A stretch of 64,000 nucleotides of DNA from a virus (IMGVR_UViG_3300043478_000082:507-64506); one strand, 5' to 3'; counted from the stretch's first letter, positions 10,989 to 20,132 are shown. Made by a program: numbers and translations. Notes: generated from the sequence alone by a model not told the origin.

Positions 10989-11438
10989 GTGATCCCATGC
11001 ACTGAGTGGCCGGGGGCCAGGACCAAGGCTGGCTACGGGCGCAAGTCCGTCACCATCGACGGCAAGAGGAAGGTGCGTGTCGCGCACCGCTGGGTGTGGG
11101 AGCAGGCGAACGGTCCGATCCCACCCGGCAAGATCCTCATGCACTCATGCGACAACCCACCGTGCATCGAGCTGCGACACCTCACGCTGGCGACGCAGGC
11201 CAAGAACATCGAGGACATGATCGCCAAGGGACGCCAGCGATCAGCACCCGGCGAGCGCAACGCTCGCGCCAAGCTGACCGAGGGCGACGTGCGCGTCATC
11301 CGCCAGCGGCGCGCCGCGGGCGAGGTGCTGCGCACGATCGCTGCCGACTACGGCATCACGATGGCGAGCGTCTGCTCTATCGCCCGGCGTCAGACCTGGA
11401 CGCACGTCGCCGACTTGAAGGCGGCCTGCGCTCCCTAG
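10989..11438 (+). mobile_element. Free-standing HNH homing endonuclease (HNH_3 type with C-terminal HTH)
   Basis: AHRWVWEQANGPIP...MHSCDNPPC...HL...TQAKNIEDM motif; GERNARAKLTE...IR...TIAADYG C-terminus. Confidence 0.85.
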
Positions 11439-11785
11439 TCCGGCGGTCCCGAACCCTGCGCGATGCCGATGTGGTGCGAGATGTAGTTGGGTGGGACCGA
11501 AGCGATCGAGGTGTAGCCCTCCAGCGTCATGCACTGGTTGGTCACCTCTTCGTAGGTCAGGCCCTGGTAGTCCGGTCCGTTCATCTTGTTCCACGCCAGC
11601 GGGCTCCCGCTGCCCTCCCACACGTCGTAGAGCTGCTCGGCCGGTGGGTCGACCGGGATTGGATCGACCGGGTCTAGCGGCACATCGGGCGCCACCGGCG
11701 GGACGTGGTCTTCGGGCCACGGATCATCTGGTGGAGCGGGCTCCGGGACGTAGTTGCCGTCTGGCGGCGGGCCGTCATCGCTCAT
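11435..11785 (-). CDS. Pro/Asp-rich hypothetical protein
   Basis: ATG 11785 lies 6 nt after a TACGTT -10-like hexamer (leaderless); divergent from 11817. Confidence 0.45.
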   Translation of the reverse strand: MSDDGPPPDGNYVPEPAPPDDPWPEDHVPPVAPDVPLDPVDPIPVDPPAEQLYDVWEGSGSPLAWNKMNGPDYQGLTYEEVTNQCMTLEGYTSIASVPPNYISHHIGIAQGSGPPD

Positions 11786-11816
11786 GTGCTGAACGTACAG
11801 GTCTACGCTCCGTCCT

Positions 11817-12185
11817 ATGAGCGACGAGTCGTTCGGTGACTGGGAGGCAGACGATTCCCTCGACACGGAACCGCTGGATGGTGAGCAGGTCGCTCGCAGA
11901 GTGCACGAGGACCGGGCCTACCTGAGCGAGCTGGCCGGTGATGAGCTCGCTGCCTTCGATGCGCTCAGCGACGACGAAGAGGGCCTGGCCGTCGCGCTCG
12001 GTGATCGCCTCGTCGAGATGCTGACGCGCGATCCGAACAGCGCGCCGTGGGAGTTCCACGAGGCGGTGGCGTTCTTCTCCGGCGAGCCGGAATGGGAAGC
12101 GCTCAGCCCCGGAGCTCGCGAGGTCGCCGTGGGACTCATCGACGACATCCTCGACTGGGCCAGCCGACAAGGAGCTCTGTCCTGA
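11817..12185 (+). CDS. Acidic hypothetical protein
   Basis: 122 aa ORF; TACGCT hexamer 7 nt upstream of the ATG; TGATG coupling to the endolysin. Confidence 0.6.
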   Translation: MSDESFGDWEADDSLDTEPLDGEQVARRVHEDRAYLSELAGDELAAFDALSDDEEGLAVALGDRLVEMLTRDPNSAPWEFHEAVAFFSGEPEWEALSPGAREVAVGLIDDILDWASRQGALS

Positions 12186-13045
12186 TGGCGGGCATCTACT
12201 ACGACTTCGCCTCGATCCTCAGCAACGCCGGATGCAAGGTCGGGGTCAACTCGATCAACGCCGGGTGGGAGCGTCGAGCCCGCAGCTCTGGCGGCTTCCC
12301 CTCGCCGCCGTTGGCGGTCTGGTGGCATCACACGGCCAGCAAGACGGCGGTCAACAACGACCTCCAATGGCAGTGCCACTCGTGCCCGGACAAGCCGGTC
12401 GGCAACATGCTGCTCGACCGCACCGGGACGTTCTGGCCGGTCGCTGGCGGAGCGAGCAACTGCGCCGGGAAGGGCGGTCCTGCCTCCTTCTCACGCGGCA
12501 CCGTCCCGGCGGACTCGGGCAACACCCGCGGCTTCCAGATCGAGTGCGCCAACAACGGTGTTGGTGAGGTGTATCCACAGGCTCAGATCGACGCCTTCTT
12601 CCGCGCGTCCAACGCGCTCAACGCCTTCGTCGGCAACCGACCGAGCGACGTGATCTCCCACAACGTGTGGGCCCCGTCGCGCAAGATCGACCCTGCTCGC
12701 AACACATCCGTGCAGGGACCGTGGGTGCCGCGCAGCACGAACAGCTCGGGCACCTGGAACCTCGACGACATCCGCAACGAGTGCGGGCGTCGTGCAGGCG
12801 CCAGTCCTGGCCCCGGTCCTGGACCCGGACCCCAACCACCGGATGGAGATGACGACATGAAGGCACAGGTCATCAAGGGCGACGGCAGCGACAGCTACTG
12901 GGCCTGGGATGGTGTACGGATCGGCGGCATCCCGAGTCTGGAGTGGGTGTCGTGGGGCTTCGAGGCTGGTCTGTATCAGAACACCGAACCAGTGCTCTAC
13001 CCACAGGGCTTCATCGACCAGCTCGTCGCAACGCAGAGCGGGTGA
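12185..13045 (+). CDS. Endolysin, N-acetylmuramoyl-L-alanine amidase (Amidase_2-like)
   Basis: WWHHTAS, SNCAGKG, FQIECAN and ISHNVWAPSRKIDP Zn-amidase motifs; GPGPGP linker and short C-terminal domain. Start at ATG 12185. Confidence 0.85.
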   Translation: MAGIYYDFASILSNAGCKVGVNSINAGWERRARSSGGFPSPPLAVWWHHTASKTAVNNDLQWQCHSCPDKPVGNMLLDRTGTFWPVAGGASNCAGKGGPASFSRGTVPADSGNTRGFQIECANNGVGEVYPQAQIDAFFRASNALNAFVGNRPSDVISHNVWAPSRKIDPARNTSVQGPWVPRSTNSSGTWNLDDIRNECGRRAGASPGPGPGPGPQPPDGDDDMKAQVIKGDGSDSYWAWDGVRIGGIPSLEWVSWGFEAGLYQNTEPVLYPQGFIDQLVATQSG

Positions 13046-13048
13046 GCG

Positions 13049-13246
13049 ATGTTCGCGGTCGACGACGGCCTCACCAGCGGCAACTTCAATGTCGCCGACG
13101 TCTTCTTCCTGATCGGAGCGATCCTCGGGGTGATCGCCGCCGTCCTGTCCATCCCACGCACCACAGCGACACCAGCTCATGCGTGGTCGAGCGTGGCTGG
13201 ATGGCTCGCCGCCGGGTTCATCGCCTTCGGGCTGTTCCTGCTGTAG
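13049..13246 (+). CDS. Small 2-TM membrane protein (holin-like)
   Basis: Two hydrophobic helices, immediately after the endolysin. Confidence 0.6.
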   Translation: MFAVDDGLTSGNFNVADVFFLIGAILGVIAAVLSIPRTTATPAHAWSSVAGWLAAGFIAFGLFLL

Positions 13247-13248
13247 CG

Positions 13249-13509
13249 GTGACTCCGCCGGGCGATCGCCGCGAGCTGGTCGCTCTCGTGCTGGCGATCG
13301 GGCTGGCGGCGTCGCTGCTGCTGATCGTCGCGGCGGTGATGTACGACGCCGTGCGCTCCGACACGCCAGGTCTGAGCGAGAACGCCACGCAGATCCTGAC
13401 CGGTTGGGGCGGCGGGATCATCGGCATCGTCGGCAGCTACCTCGGCTTCCGGGCCGGGGAGAAGGCCGAGCACACGCGAGACCACCATGATCCAGAGGAG
13501 GAACCGTGA
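13249..13509 (+). CDS. Small 2-TM membrane protein
   Basis: GTG 13249 in the frame of ORF 12943..13509; LVALVLAIGLAASLLLIV and GWGGGIIGIVGSYLG segments. Confidence 0.55.
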   Translation: MTPPGDRRELVALVLAIGLAASLLLIVAAVMYDAVRSDTPGLSENATQILTGWGGGIIGIVGSYLGFRAGEKAEHTRDHHDPEEEP

Positions 13510-13787
13510 CCGTACCGCAGGTATACACGCAGCGCTCGCTGTGGCAACGGGAGCCGGTCCGCGTCATCGGCGCGGTCTTCCTCTTGGTCAACGGAGTGAA
13601 CGCGCTGCTGCTCGGGATCGGTGCGTACGACGGTGGTGCTGCGGCCGCGGTGACGGGGTTCATCGCGGTCGCCAGCACCGCAGTCGGAGAGCTGTTCACG
13701 CGACCAGAGGTCGTGCCCATCCATCCGCTGGAGGACCTGGCTGATGCCGAACGACTCCGAGGAGCCGCGCCACCCACCTCGCCGTAG
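13506..13787 (+). CDS. Holin-like membrane protein
   Basis: REPVRVIGAV...TM...TM...RPEVVP pattern resembling actinophage holins. Confidence 0.65.
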   Translation: MTVPQVYTQRSLWQREPVRVIGAVFLLVNGVNALLLGIGAYDGGAAAAVTGFIAVASTAVGELFTRPEVVPIHPLEDLADAERLRGAAPPTSP

Positions 13788-14025
13788 CTTCAGCGACTTC
13801 CTGTCCACCCGGACGACGGTGGACCTGATGGTCCTGACGCTCACGTTCGTCGTGGCCTTCGCCATCCTCGCCACTGGTGCAACGGTGGCCGTCATCGAGA
13901 TCATCCACCCTGAGTCCGACACCACCGGGATCACGGACGGCCTGATGACCATCGTCACCGGCATCGTCGGCGCGCTGCTCGGGCTGATCGCCGGGAAGAA
14001 CGACGCTGGGCCCCCACCGCCATGA
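13744..14025 (+). CDS. Small 2-TM membrane protein
   Basis: Two hydrophobic helices; ATGA coupling to the collagen gene. Confidence 0.55.
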   Translation: MPNDSEEPRHPPRRSFSDFLSTRTTVDLMVLTLTFVVAFAILATGATVAVIEIIHPESDTTGITDGLMTIVTGIVGALLGLIAGKNDAGPPPP

Positions 14026-14705
14026 CACCGACTGCCGTCATCGGCACCCTCGCCGCAGCCAGCGCGCTCGCCGTCGCCCTCATCGTCGGCGTGTTCGCCT
14101 GGCAGGCGCTCGCCGACGTGGACACGACGCCGCCGACCACCACCATCGCCAGCGGTCCGCCCGGTCCGCCCGGTCCGACGGGCGGTCGGGGGCAACAAGG
14201 CGAACCGGGTGAACCTGGTGCACCAGGTCCAGTAGGCGCACAGGGTCCGCCTGGCGCGCAAGGATTGCCCGGTGCGACGGGTGCGACAGGTCCTTCAGGT
14301 CCTGCTGGCGCTGACGGCAACGCTGGCGTCGATGGCAGTCCTGGCGATGTCGGCCCGCGAGGTCCGGCGGGCTCGACCGGCGCCACGGGTCCGCGTGGAG
14401 CCACTGGGACGCCAGGCGCCGCGGGTGATCCCGGTCCCCCCGGCGCATCTGGCAGCCAGGGTGAACCAGGTGCGACCGGCGATCCCGGCCCACCTGGCAG
14501 CACGGGCGAAGCGGGGGAACCCGGACCCGCGGGCCCTGCCGGACCACCTGGCTCACCGGGTGAACGGGGCGAGGTAGGTCCGGCGGGACCACAAGGTCCG
14601 CCCGGCCCGTCATGTGGGGCGGGATTTCACCTGGAAGTCGTGAGCGTGCACCAGCGTCAACCGGTCGACGGTGACCTGGAGATCACGGTGTGCGCCGCGG
14701 ACTAG
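14022..14705 (+). CDS. Membrane-anchored collagen-like protein
   Basis: N-terminal hydrophobic anchor, about 50 uninterrupted Gly-X-Y triplets, short Cys-pair C-terminal domain. Confidence 0.85.
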   Translation: MTPTAVIGTLAAASALAVALIVGVFAWQALADVDTTPPTTTIASGPPGPPGPTGGRGQQGEPGEPGAPGPVGAQGPPGAQGLPGATGATGPSGPAGADGNAGVDGSPGDVGPRGPAGSTGATGPRGATGTPGAAGDPGPPGASGSQGEPGATGDPGPPGSTGEAGEPGPAGPAGPPGSPGERGEVGPAGPQGPPGPSCGAGFHLEVVSVHQRQPVDGDLEITVCAAD

Positions 14706-14845
14706 GTGAAGATCGACACGCCTCCTGGTCCGACCAGGAAGCCGACGATGATCAAGACGATGCCGATCAGCCACTGCCGTCGCACGCAGTAGACGATCCC
14801 GGCGATGACCAGGATCACCGCCAGCAGCCACAGCAGGAAGGGCAT
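14702..14845 (-). CDS. GPGG-motif small membrane protein (47 aa)
   Basis: Hand translation: [47 protein letters not shown]. Below the ORF-track cutoff; matches the actinobacterial GPGG small-protein pattern. Confidence 0.7.
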   Translation of the reverse strand: MPFLLWLLAVILVIAGIVYCVRRQWLIGIVLIIVGFLVGPGGVSIFT

Positions 14846-14896
14846 CAGCTCTTCGGCTGGTCCTGCTGCTCGCGCTGCTCGCGCTCACGCCGCTGA

Positions 14897-15133
14897 TCAG
14901 GCGTTTCGTTGGGGTCGGGCTGGCTGGGCTGGTTCGGTTCGTTGCTCACACCCACAGGATTCCCCCGGCTGGCTCGTCCTAGTCACCGGGTGTCGCTCAT
15001 GCCACCCGCGCGCCGTGCGAAGCACGAGCACCGTCGTGGCCCACACGGCGCCGAACCAGATGATCACGATGACGACCGCGATCGCGATGGTCACCGGCAC
15101 CAGGCCGAGCATGAACCGAGCGACCTCATGCAT
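14897..15133 (-). CDS. Small membrane protein
   Basis: MHEVARFMLGLVPVTIAIAVVIVIIWFG...; start overlaps the stop of the upstream oxygenase. Confidence 0.45.
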   Translation of the reverse strand: MHEVARFMLGLVPVTIAIAVVIVIIWFGAVWATTVLVLRTARGWHERHPVTRTSQPGESCGCEQRTEPAQPARPQRNA

Positions 15134-16031
15134 CGCCGAGAGCGGCGAACTGGTGACCGTTGAGCAGCGAGTGGTAGCGATCCCGGAACGCCTCTTGGCG
15201 CTCACGGCCGTCCTTCCAGAGCAGGTACGGGCGACGGCTCAGGTAGCTGAACGTCAGCGAGTAGCGGTCCCTCGCGACCGGTGGTGACGCTCGGTGGAGG
15301 CACCGCGCCGTGTCGCAGAAGTTCGCCGTCAGTCGCGGGCCCTCGCACGTCACCCAGTCAGCGCGGGGGATGATCGCCTGGATGCGCTCCATGTCCGGCG
15401 GCTGCGCTCCGATGAAGCGGCCGCCGTTCACGCTCAGCACCTCGGCCGAGTCTGCTGCGTTCAGGCACTGGAACGGCCCACCGTCGACGTCGACGTCGTT
15501 GAGGTAGACGATGATCTTCAGCAGACGCTCGTCCTCCGGGTCGCGGTGGAAGTTCCGGGTCCCGACGAGCACGCCGTTGGCGAGCTCCCGCTTGACGGCC
15601 ACGCCGAGGTACCAGACCGGGAGCCCGAAGTAGCTCTCGGCCAGATCGAGCAGCGGCTGGGATAGCCCGAACAGGAACGGCTGCGGTTGGCTCACCAACA
15701 CGTCGTCGCTCACGTCGTAGTAGTGCTCGGGTCCGTCGTTCCGCTTCAGCGCCAGGTCTACCAGCAACTCGTCGGCGGCGTCGAGCATGTCGCGGTAGTC
15801 GAGCCCGAGCCAGTCAAGGTGGCGCTGGGCGACGCCGCTGGCTCGCAGCTCCCGGCGCACGCTGGCCCATCGCTCACTGCTCAGCACGGGTAGTTCGTGA
15901 CGGTGCTTCAGTCGGGCCAGGCGATGGCCGTGACGCAGCAGCGCGTCGTACGGCGGGATCTCGCGTGCCCGGTAGTGGAGCCGAACGGTCCACACAGACC
16001 GCCCGTTGTCTGGATCCCACAGGATCGTCAT
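15126..16031 (-). CDS. 2OG-Fe(II) oxygenase, PhyH-like
   Basis: RNFHRD (HxD), KIIVYLNDVD..GGPF, distal CLHRA, and RDRYSLTFSY Arg. Start ATG 16031 follows the ACAGGAAGGAC motif and has its own promoter. Confidence 0.7.
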   Translation of the reverse strand: MTILWDPDNGRSVWTVRLHYRAREIPPYDALLRHGHRLARLKHRHELPVLSSERWASVRRELRASGVAQRHLDWLGLDYRDMLDAADELLVDLALKRNDGPEHYYDVSDDVLVSQPQPFLFGLSQPLLDLAESYFGLPVWYLGVAVKRELANGVLVGTRNFHRDPEDERLLKIIVYLNDVDVDGGPFQCLNAADSAEVLSVNGGRFIGAQPPDMERIQAIIPRADWVTCEGPRLTANFCDTARCLHRASPPVARDRYSLTFSYLSRRPYLLWKDGRERQEAFRDRYHSLLNGHQFAALGDA

Positions 16032-16070
16032 GTCTGTCCTTCCTGTCCCACCGGCTGGTAGGTTCTGCCG

Positions 16071-16081
16071 TAAGTATACCA
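16071..16081 (-). promoter_or_regulatory. Early promoter motif TGGTATACTTA (extended -10)
   Basis: Intergenic copy of the 12-fold repeated motif. Confidence 0.7.
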
Positions 16082-16304
16082 GCAGCGAGGGGTCCACCCC
16101 AACGCCGGGAGGCTTCTACTGGACGTAGAGCAGGAGCGTGAGCAGGAGCGCGATCGCGAAGCACAGGAGCGCCGGGCCGTCACCTCGATACATCGCTGTT
16201 GCACCGCACCCCGAGGATCAGGAACATCACCACCAACACGAGCACGGCGGTGACGACGACCGCGAACTGGACCATCCAGTCGAGACGTCGCCACCGCCGG
16301 AAGC

Positions 16305-16811
16305 TCAACGCCAGGCGCCCATTCCGTACTGGTGGTACTGAGCCGCGGCGCACTCCATCTGGAGTGCCACGTTGCCGCGGATGTTGCCGGTCGTGGCGCC
16401 GCAGAGGTTGCGCCAGTGATTCACGAGCGTCGAGCCCTTGAAGTTCTGGCCGAACAGCCCGCCTCCGGTGTCGTCGCTGTCGACGACCCACGAGTACGGA
16501 TTGCAGCCGCTCTCACGCCGGGCGATCGGACCGAAGATGCCCCACGGCAGTCCCGCCGCGGCGGCCTCCTCAGCGAACGACGAGCAGTCGCCGGTCGTCC
16601 ACCCACCCGTCTCCAGGTACTGGGCGAACTGTGGTCCGTCACTGCCCGTGTCCTGGAGCGCAGCCTGGATCTCGGGCAGGGCGGCGAACTCCTCCGCCGC
16701 GGCCGGATCCTGGTCGTGCCACGCCACCCAGTCCTGGATCTGCTTCGGCGTACACGCTGTCGTCAGCGCGATCAACGGCCCCACGATCAGTAGTGGGATC
16801 AGCTTCTTCAT
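16305..16811 (-). CDS. Lipoprotein with lysozyme-like/SLT transglycosylase domain
   Basis: MKK + hydrophobic stretch + LTTAC lipobox; IARRESGCNP catalytic-Glu motif and GGLFGQN; RBS ACAGGAGA. Confidence 0.7.
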   Translation of the reverse strand: MKKLIPLLIVGPLIALTTACTPKQIQDWVAWHDQDPAAAEEFAALPEIQAALQDTGSDGPQFAQYLETGGWTTGDCSSFAEEAAAAGLPWGIFGPIARRESGCNPYSWVVDSDDTGGGLFGQNFKGSTLVNHWRNLCGATTGNIRGNVALQMECAAAQYHQYGMGAWR

Positions 16812-17249
16812 GGTGTCTCTCCTGTATGGGTCGGGGCGCGCTGAAAGCACACCTTGGTTGGGAGATCTGTCGAGCGTAGTGAGAGGCCCTGGGCGCGAGG
16901 GAGTGCGCCGCAGGGCCCCTCACGGCTTCGGCGGTTCCTGGTCGAACGCCTCGATGGCTTGCAGCAGGACGTTCGTCGGCCCCAGCGATGAGGTCGACGT
17001 GCTGGGGATCAGGTTCGCCTGCCACGAGCGTGCGGCGGCGAGCAGCCGCGGCCAGCGCGGGTCCATGTCCGGCACGTCCACAGCTTCGTCAACCAACGGG
17101 TGGCTCCTGATCCGGATCGCCCCGCAGGACGAGCGTCGGTGGGCCGATGTAGTGGTAGTGACCGACTGCCGTGCCGTCGAAGCGGTAGGCGAAGTCGTAC
17201 GGACACTCAGGATCGACGCAGAGCTGGTAGAGCGGACCGGGGTCGTTCT

Positions 17250-17786
17250 TCACAGCGTCTTCGCCATCCCGGCCGTGATCAGCAGGTCGCAGAAGCCCTC
17301 GGCCGTGTCCCACTCGCCATCGGGGAGCTCGCAGTCGGTCGGCAGCATCATCACGATGTCGGCCAGCCGCTGGTACTCCTCCACGCTGACGTAGCCCAGC
17401 GGCTCGCCCCACAGGATCGTCGTGCGCTCGGGCAGATCGACCTTGCCAGATGGCAGATCGAACTCCGCCGCCGGGATCGTGATCTCGATCGCACACGGGA
17501 CGAGCACGCCGACTTCGACGTGCGTCGGCTCCTCGATGAACGGCCGCATCTCGGCGGTCATGCGGTTCGACGAGTACGTGGCGTCGCCCCAGATCGTGGA
17601 GAGGTTCCACTGGTTCTCGAACATGACGCAGGCGGCGCGCGTCTCCATGCGGTAGTCGGGGAACTGGTCCAGGAACGGCTCGCCTGCCGGGATGTGGTCC
17701 CTGGCCGAGCCTCGGCGGAAGGTCGCGGGGTAGCTCCGTTGTCCGGCCCACAGGACCGACAGGTCGGGGTCCCAGCGGAACTTCAC
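17250..17786 (-). CDS. Hypothetical protein
   Basis: 178 aa ORF with GTGA overlaps on both sides. Confidence 0.6.
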   Translation of the reverse strand: MKFRWDPDLSVLWAGQRSYPATFRRGSARDHIPAGEPFLDQFPDYRMETRAACVMFENQWNLSTIWGDATYSSNRMTAEMRPFIEEPTHVEVGVLVPCAIEITIPAAEFDLPSGKVDLPERTTILWGEPLGYVSVEEYQRLADIVMMLPTDCELPDGEWDTAEGFCDLLITAGMAKTL

Positions 17787-18004
17787 GCGACCGCGGCCTC
17801 CTCGGCCGTCACGTCGTCCTTCGCCTTGCGCGTGCGCGGCGTCATGCGCGCCAGCGCCGAGCGCAACTCGGCCAGCTCGGCCACCTTGTCGCGGATCTGG
17901 TCAGCGAGCGTCTTCTTCTGACCCCGCAGCTTGGTGAGCTCGTTGGTGACGGTGACGATCTCCGCCTCGATCCCCGTACGGAAGCCTTCCAGCTTCTGGT
18001 TCAT
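17783..18004 (-). CDS. Coiled-coil hypothetical protein
   Basis: ATG 18004 after GAGAGGAG RBS; heptad pattern. Confidence 0.6.
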   Translation of the reverse strand: MNQKLEGFRTGIEAEIVTVTNELTKLRGQKKTLADQIRDKVAELAELRSALARMTPRTRKAKDDVTAEEAAVA

Positions 18005-18193
18005 GGCATGTCTCCTCTCGATGGACGAACTCTCTCTACGTGGCGGACCGCTGAGATCCACACACCGTTCTCCCGATGCCCGAAGATCACCTCGCCTCGA
18101 CGGTTGTAGGCGTGGAGGTGGCAGTACGGGATCGGCTTGCTCAGCACCTTGAAGTGCACGAGGGCGATGGCCGGACGTGAGCACTCGGACAGA

Positions 18194-18703
18194 TCACACA
18201 GCAGCACTCGGCGCCTCCCAGCCTGGTTGACCTTCGGCGGTGTTGTACCCGACCACCCGCTTCACCAGCGCGCTGGTCATGCCGTCGTCGTAGAGGCTCA
18301 GGCCGAACTGGTCACCGAGGTTGCTCGCCGCGCGCTTCAGCGCGCCGGACTCGGCCGACTTCAGCGCCATGTCGTGAGCGTCGCCCGGTGAGTAGTCGGG
18401 CATCGTCGACTCGGCCACCGACGAGCCGCTGTAGCGGGCTCCGGTGGCGAGGATCTCGATGGTGCAGTGCGCTCGGTAGGCGACCTTGATTCCGGCCTTG
18501 CCGTTCCGCAGCTCGTGGGCACGCTCGACCACGCACTCGGGCGGCCAGGTGTCCACCAGCGACCATCCGGCGAAGCCGAAGATGCGGTTCAGCGCGGCGC
18601 GGATGTCGAACGCCTCGACGTGGCTGTAGCCCTCGGGCGTCTGCTTCACGCGGTGCGCGGCGATCGGCCGCAGCAGCGTGGCGGTCTGCTCATCCGTCAA
18701 CAT
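18194..18703 (-). CDS. Rad52/Rad22-family (Sak) single-strand annealing protein
   Basis: GYSHVEAFDIRAALNRIFGFAGWS...A.KSAESGALKRAASNLGDQFGLSLY signature. Confidence 0.85.
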   Translation of the reverse strand: MLTDEQTATLLRPIAAHRVKQTPEGYSHVEAFDIRAALNRIFGFAGWSLVDTWPPECVVERAHELRNGKAGIKVAYRAHCTIEILATGARYSGSSVAESTMPDYSPGDAHDMALKSAESGALKRAASNLGDQFGLSLYDDGMTSALVKRVVGYNTAEGQPGWEAPSAAV

Positions 18704-19193
18704 CGTCGGCCTCCATCACGATGGCGTAGGTCGAGCCGATGGTGACGTACTCGTCGGGCTCCAAGCCGATGAGATCACGGGCGCTCTGCTTCAAGGCGGT
18801 GGCACTGATCGTGCACACGTCGGTCACGACTCGCACCGCCTCACGGGCAGCGTCCCGGCGCACGTCGTTGATCTCGCCGGTGTAGGGATCCCGGCCGACC
18901 GACTGCGCCACGTTGAGCGCTAGGTCCCGGTGCAGGCGGGACGTCCCACCCGGCCCCACCCGACGTGATCGCTTCTCCACTCGGCGGATGGTGCGGATCA
19001 TCGGCACGCTCAGCTTGTCCTCGGGCATCGCCTCGATCAGTTGCAGTTCCACGGCGTCGATGAGGTTCTTGCTCATCACCCGGATGCGTTCCAGCGCGTC
19101 GTAGCGCAGCGCCAGTTCCTCCAACGGCCCTTCCGTCACATCCTCTATCGCCACGTCCATCAGGTTCGTTACAGCGGCGTACAGCGCCTCCAT
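18690..19193 (-). CDS. Hypothetical protein
   Basis: 167 aa; ACAGGGAGG RBS variant and its own promoter motif. Confidence 0.65.
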   Translation of the reverse strand: MEALYAAVTNLMDVAIEDVTEGPLEELALRYDALERIRVMSKNLIDAVELQLIEAMPEDKLSVPMIRTIRRVEKRSRRVGPGGTSRLHRDLALNVAQSVGRDPYTGEINDVRRDAAREAVRVVTDVCTISATALKQSARDLIGLEPDEYVTIGSTYAIVMEADDVDG

Positions 19194-19225
19194 GTCGGCC
19201 CTCCCTGTAGGTGTCAGCCTCAGGG

Positions 19226-19236
19226 TAAGTATACCA
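19226..19236 (-). promoter_or_regulatory. Early promoter motif TGGTATACTTA
   Basis: Intergenic copy upstream of 19193. Confidence 0.7.
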
Positions 19237-19241
19237 CATGG

Positions 19242-19445
19242 TCAACTCGTCCACCCCATCACGATGCGGTAGTTGCGGTGCTTCGTCTCCTCCAGATGAC
19301 GGTCCTCGGATGCGATCGTGTGGAACTGCTCGTCGCACGTCGTGCAGACCGTGTGGTACGGACCCTTTGCCGTCCGGCGAGTGGTGCGCGTCTTCTTGCG
19401 GGGGACGATGCCCAGCGCCTCAGCCTGTTGGTGCGTCATCTTCAT
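19242..19445 (-). CDS. Small protein with C2H2-like Zn finger
   Basis: CTTCDEQF-x8-HLEETKH. Confidence 0.55.
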   Translation of the reverse strand: MKMTHQQAEALGIVPRKKTRTTRRTAKGPYHTVCTTCDEQFHTIASEDRHLEETKHRNYRIVMGWTS

Positions 19446-19635
19446 GACGTGCCCCCTTCCGCCTCAGCTCGTCGCGCCCGACCTTCGAGCGCTCGGCGCG
19501 CTTGCGGTGCTGCTCCAACGCGGCCTCGGCCTGCTTCTCGACCTTGTAGCCGATCTGGCGCGAGCGGATCGTCTCGCACATCTCGCAGTCGTCGTGCAGC
19601 TTGCCGTCGAGCTGGTGAGCGTGCGGCCGCGCCAT
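19420..19635 (-). CDS. Small basic hypothetical protein
   Basis: ATG 19635 is coupled to the upstream TGA; HxxxCxxC motif. Confidence 0.5.
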   Translation of the reverse strand: MARPHAHQLDGKLHDDCEMCETIRSRQIGYKVEKQAEAALEQHRKRAERSKVGRDELRRKGARHEDDAPTG

Positions 19636-20132
19636 CACCGAGTCCAGCCACTGACCTGCATCCGGTGGTAGGCGGCTCGTCCCTCGGGCGTTGGCTCCCA
19701 CACGATGCGCCCGTCGTGCTCGGCGCCGGTGTCGCGGATGTACGCGGCAGCGCGCAGGTCGCTGCACCGACGCCGACAGCCCTCCCACTTGGCGATTTCG
19801 GCGTAGGTCGTCATGACGTGGTCGGTGGCCTGCTTGTCGGTGGCGGCGCCGATCATCACGAAGAAGCTGAGCAGCCTCCCGGCGTAGGTCTTGGAGCTGA
19901 ACCGCCGCACGTCGCCGTTGCTCTTGGATGCAGCGTGGGACGTGCGAGGGTCAGACGGCCGGGCCGGAGCCGCCCCCACCGGTCCGGCCATCTGGATCTT
20001 GATACGCCCCAGAGCTTCCTCCACGGCGTCGAAGCCCCACAGACCTACCAGGTCACCGAGGTCGATCGCCAGGACCTGCTCCCGGGACACGGGTGGCTCG
20101 TCAGGCTCATCGAACAGACTGTGTTGCGTCAT
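19635..20132 (-). CDS. Phage protein with ARxSDPxTSHAA motif and probable winged-HTH
   Basis: ARPSDPRTSHAA followed by RRRCSDL...IRDTG...G..VW; ATG follows ACAGGAAGGAC. Confidence 0.6.
   Translation of the reverse strand: MTQHSLFDEPDEPPVSREQVLAIDLGDLVGLWGFDAVEEALGRIKIQMAGPVGAAPARPSDPRTSHAASKSNGDVRRFSSKTYAGRLLSFFVMIGAATDKQATDHVMTTYAEIAKWEGCRRRCSDLRAAAYIRDTGAEHDGRIVWEPTPEGRAAYHRMQVSGWTR

Noticed and set aside
13521-13530. GTATAC inside the holin gene (and a plus-strand AGGTATACT at 22145)
   Set aside because: The 13521 copy is inside coding sequence and lacks the flanking consensus. The 22145 copy has no downstream start, so neither was counted in the promoter set.
14845-14949. 34-aa Gln/Glu-rich ORF (MSNEPNQPSQPDPNETPDQRRERE...)
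   Set aside because: Plausible and coupled to the GPGG gene, but it overlaps the 14897..15133 ORF and has no clear RBS. Left unannotated.
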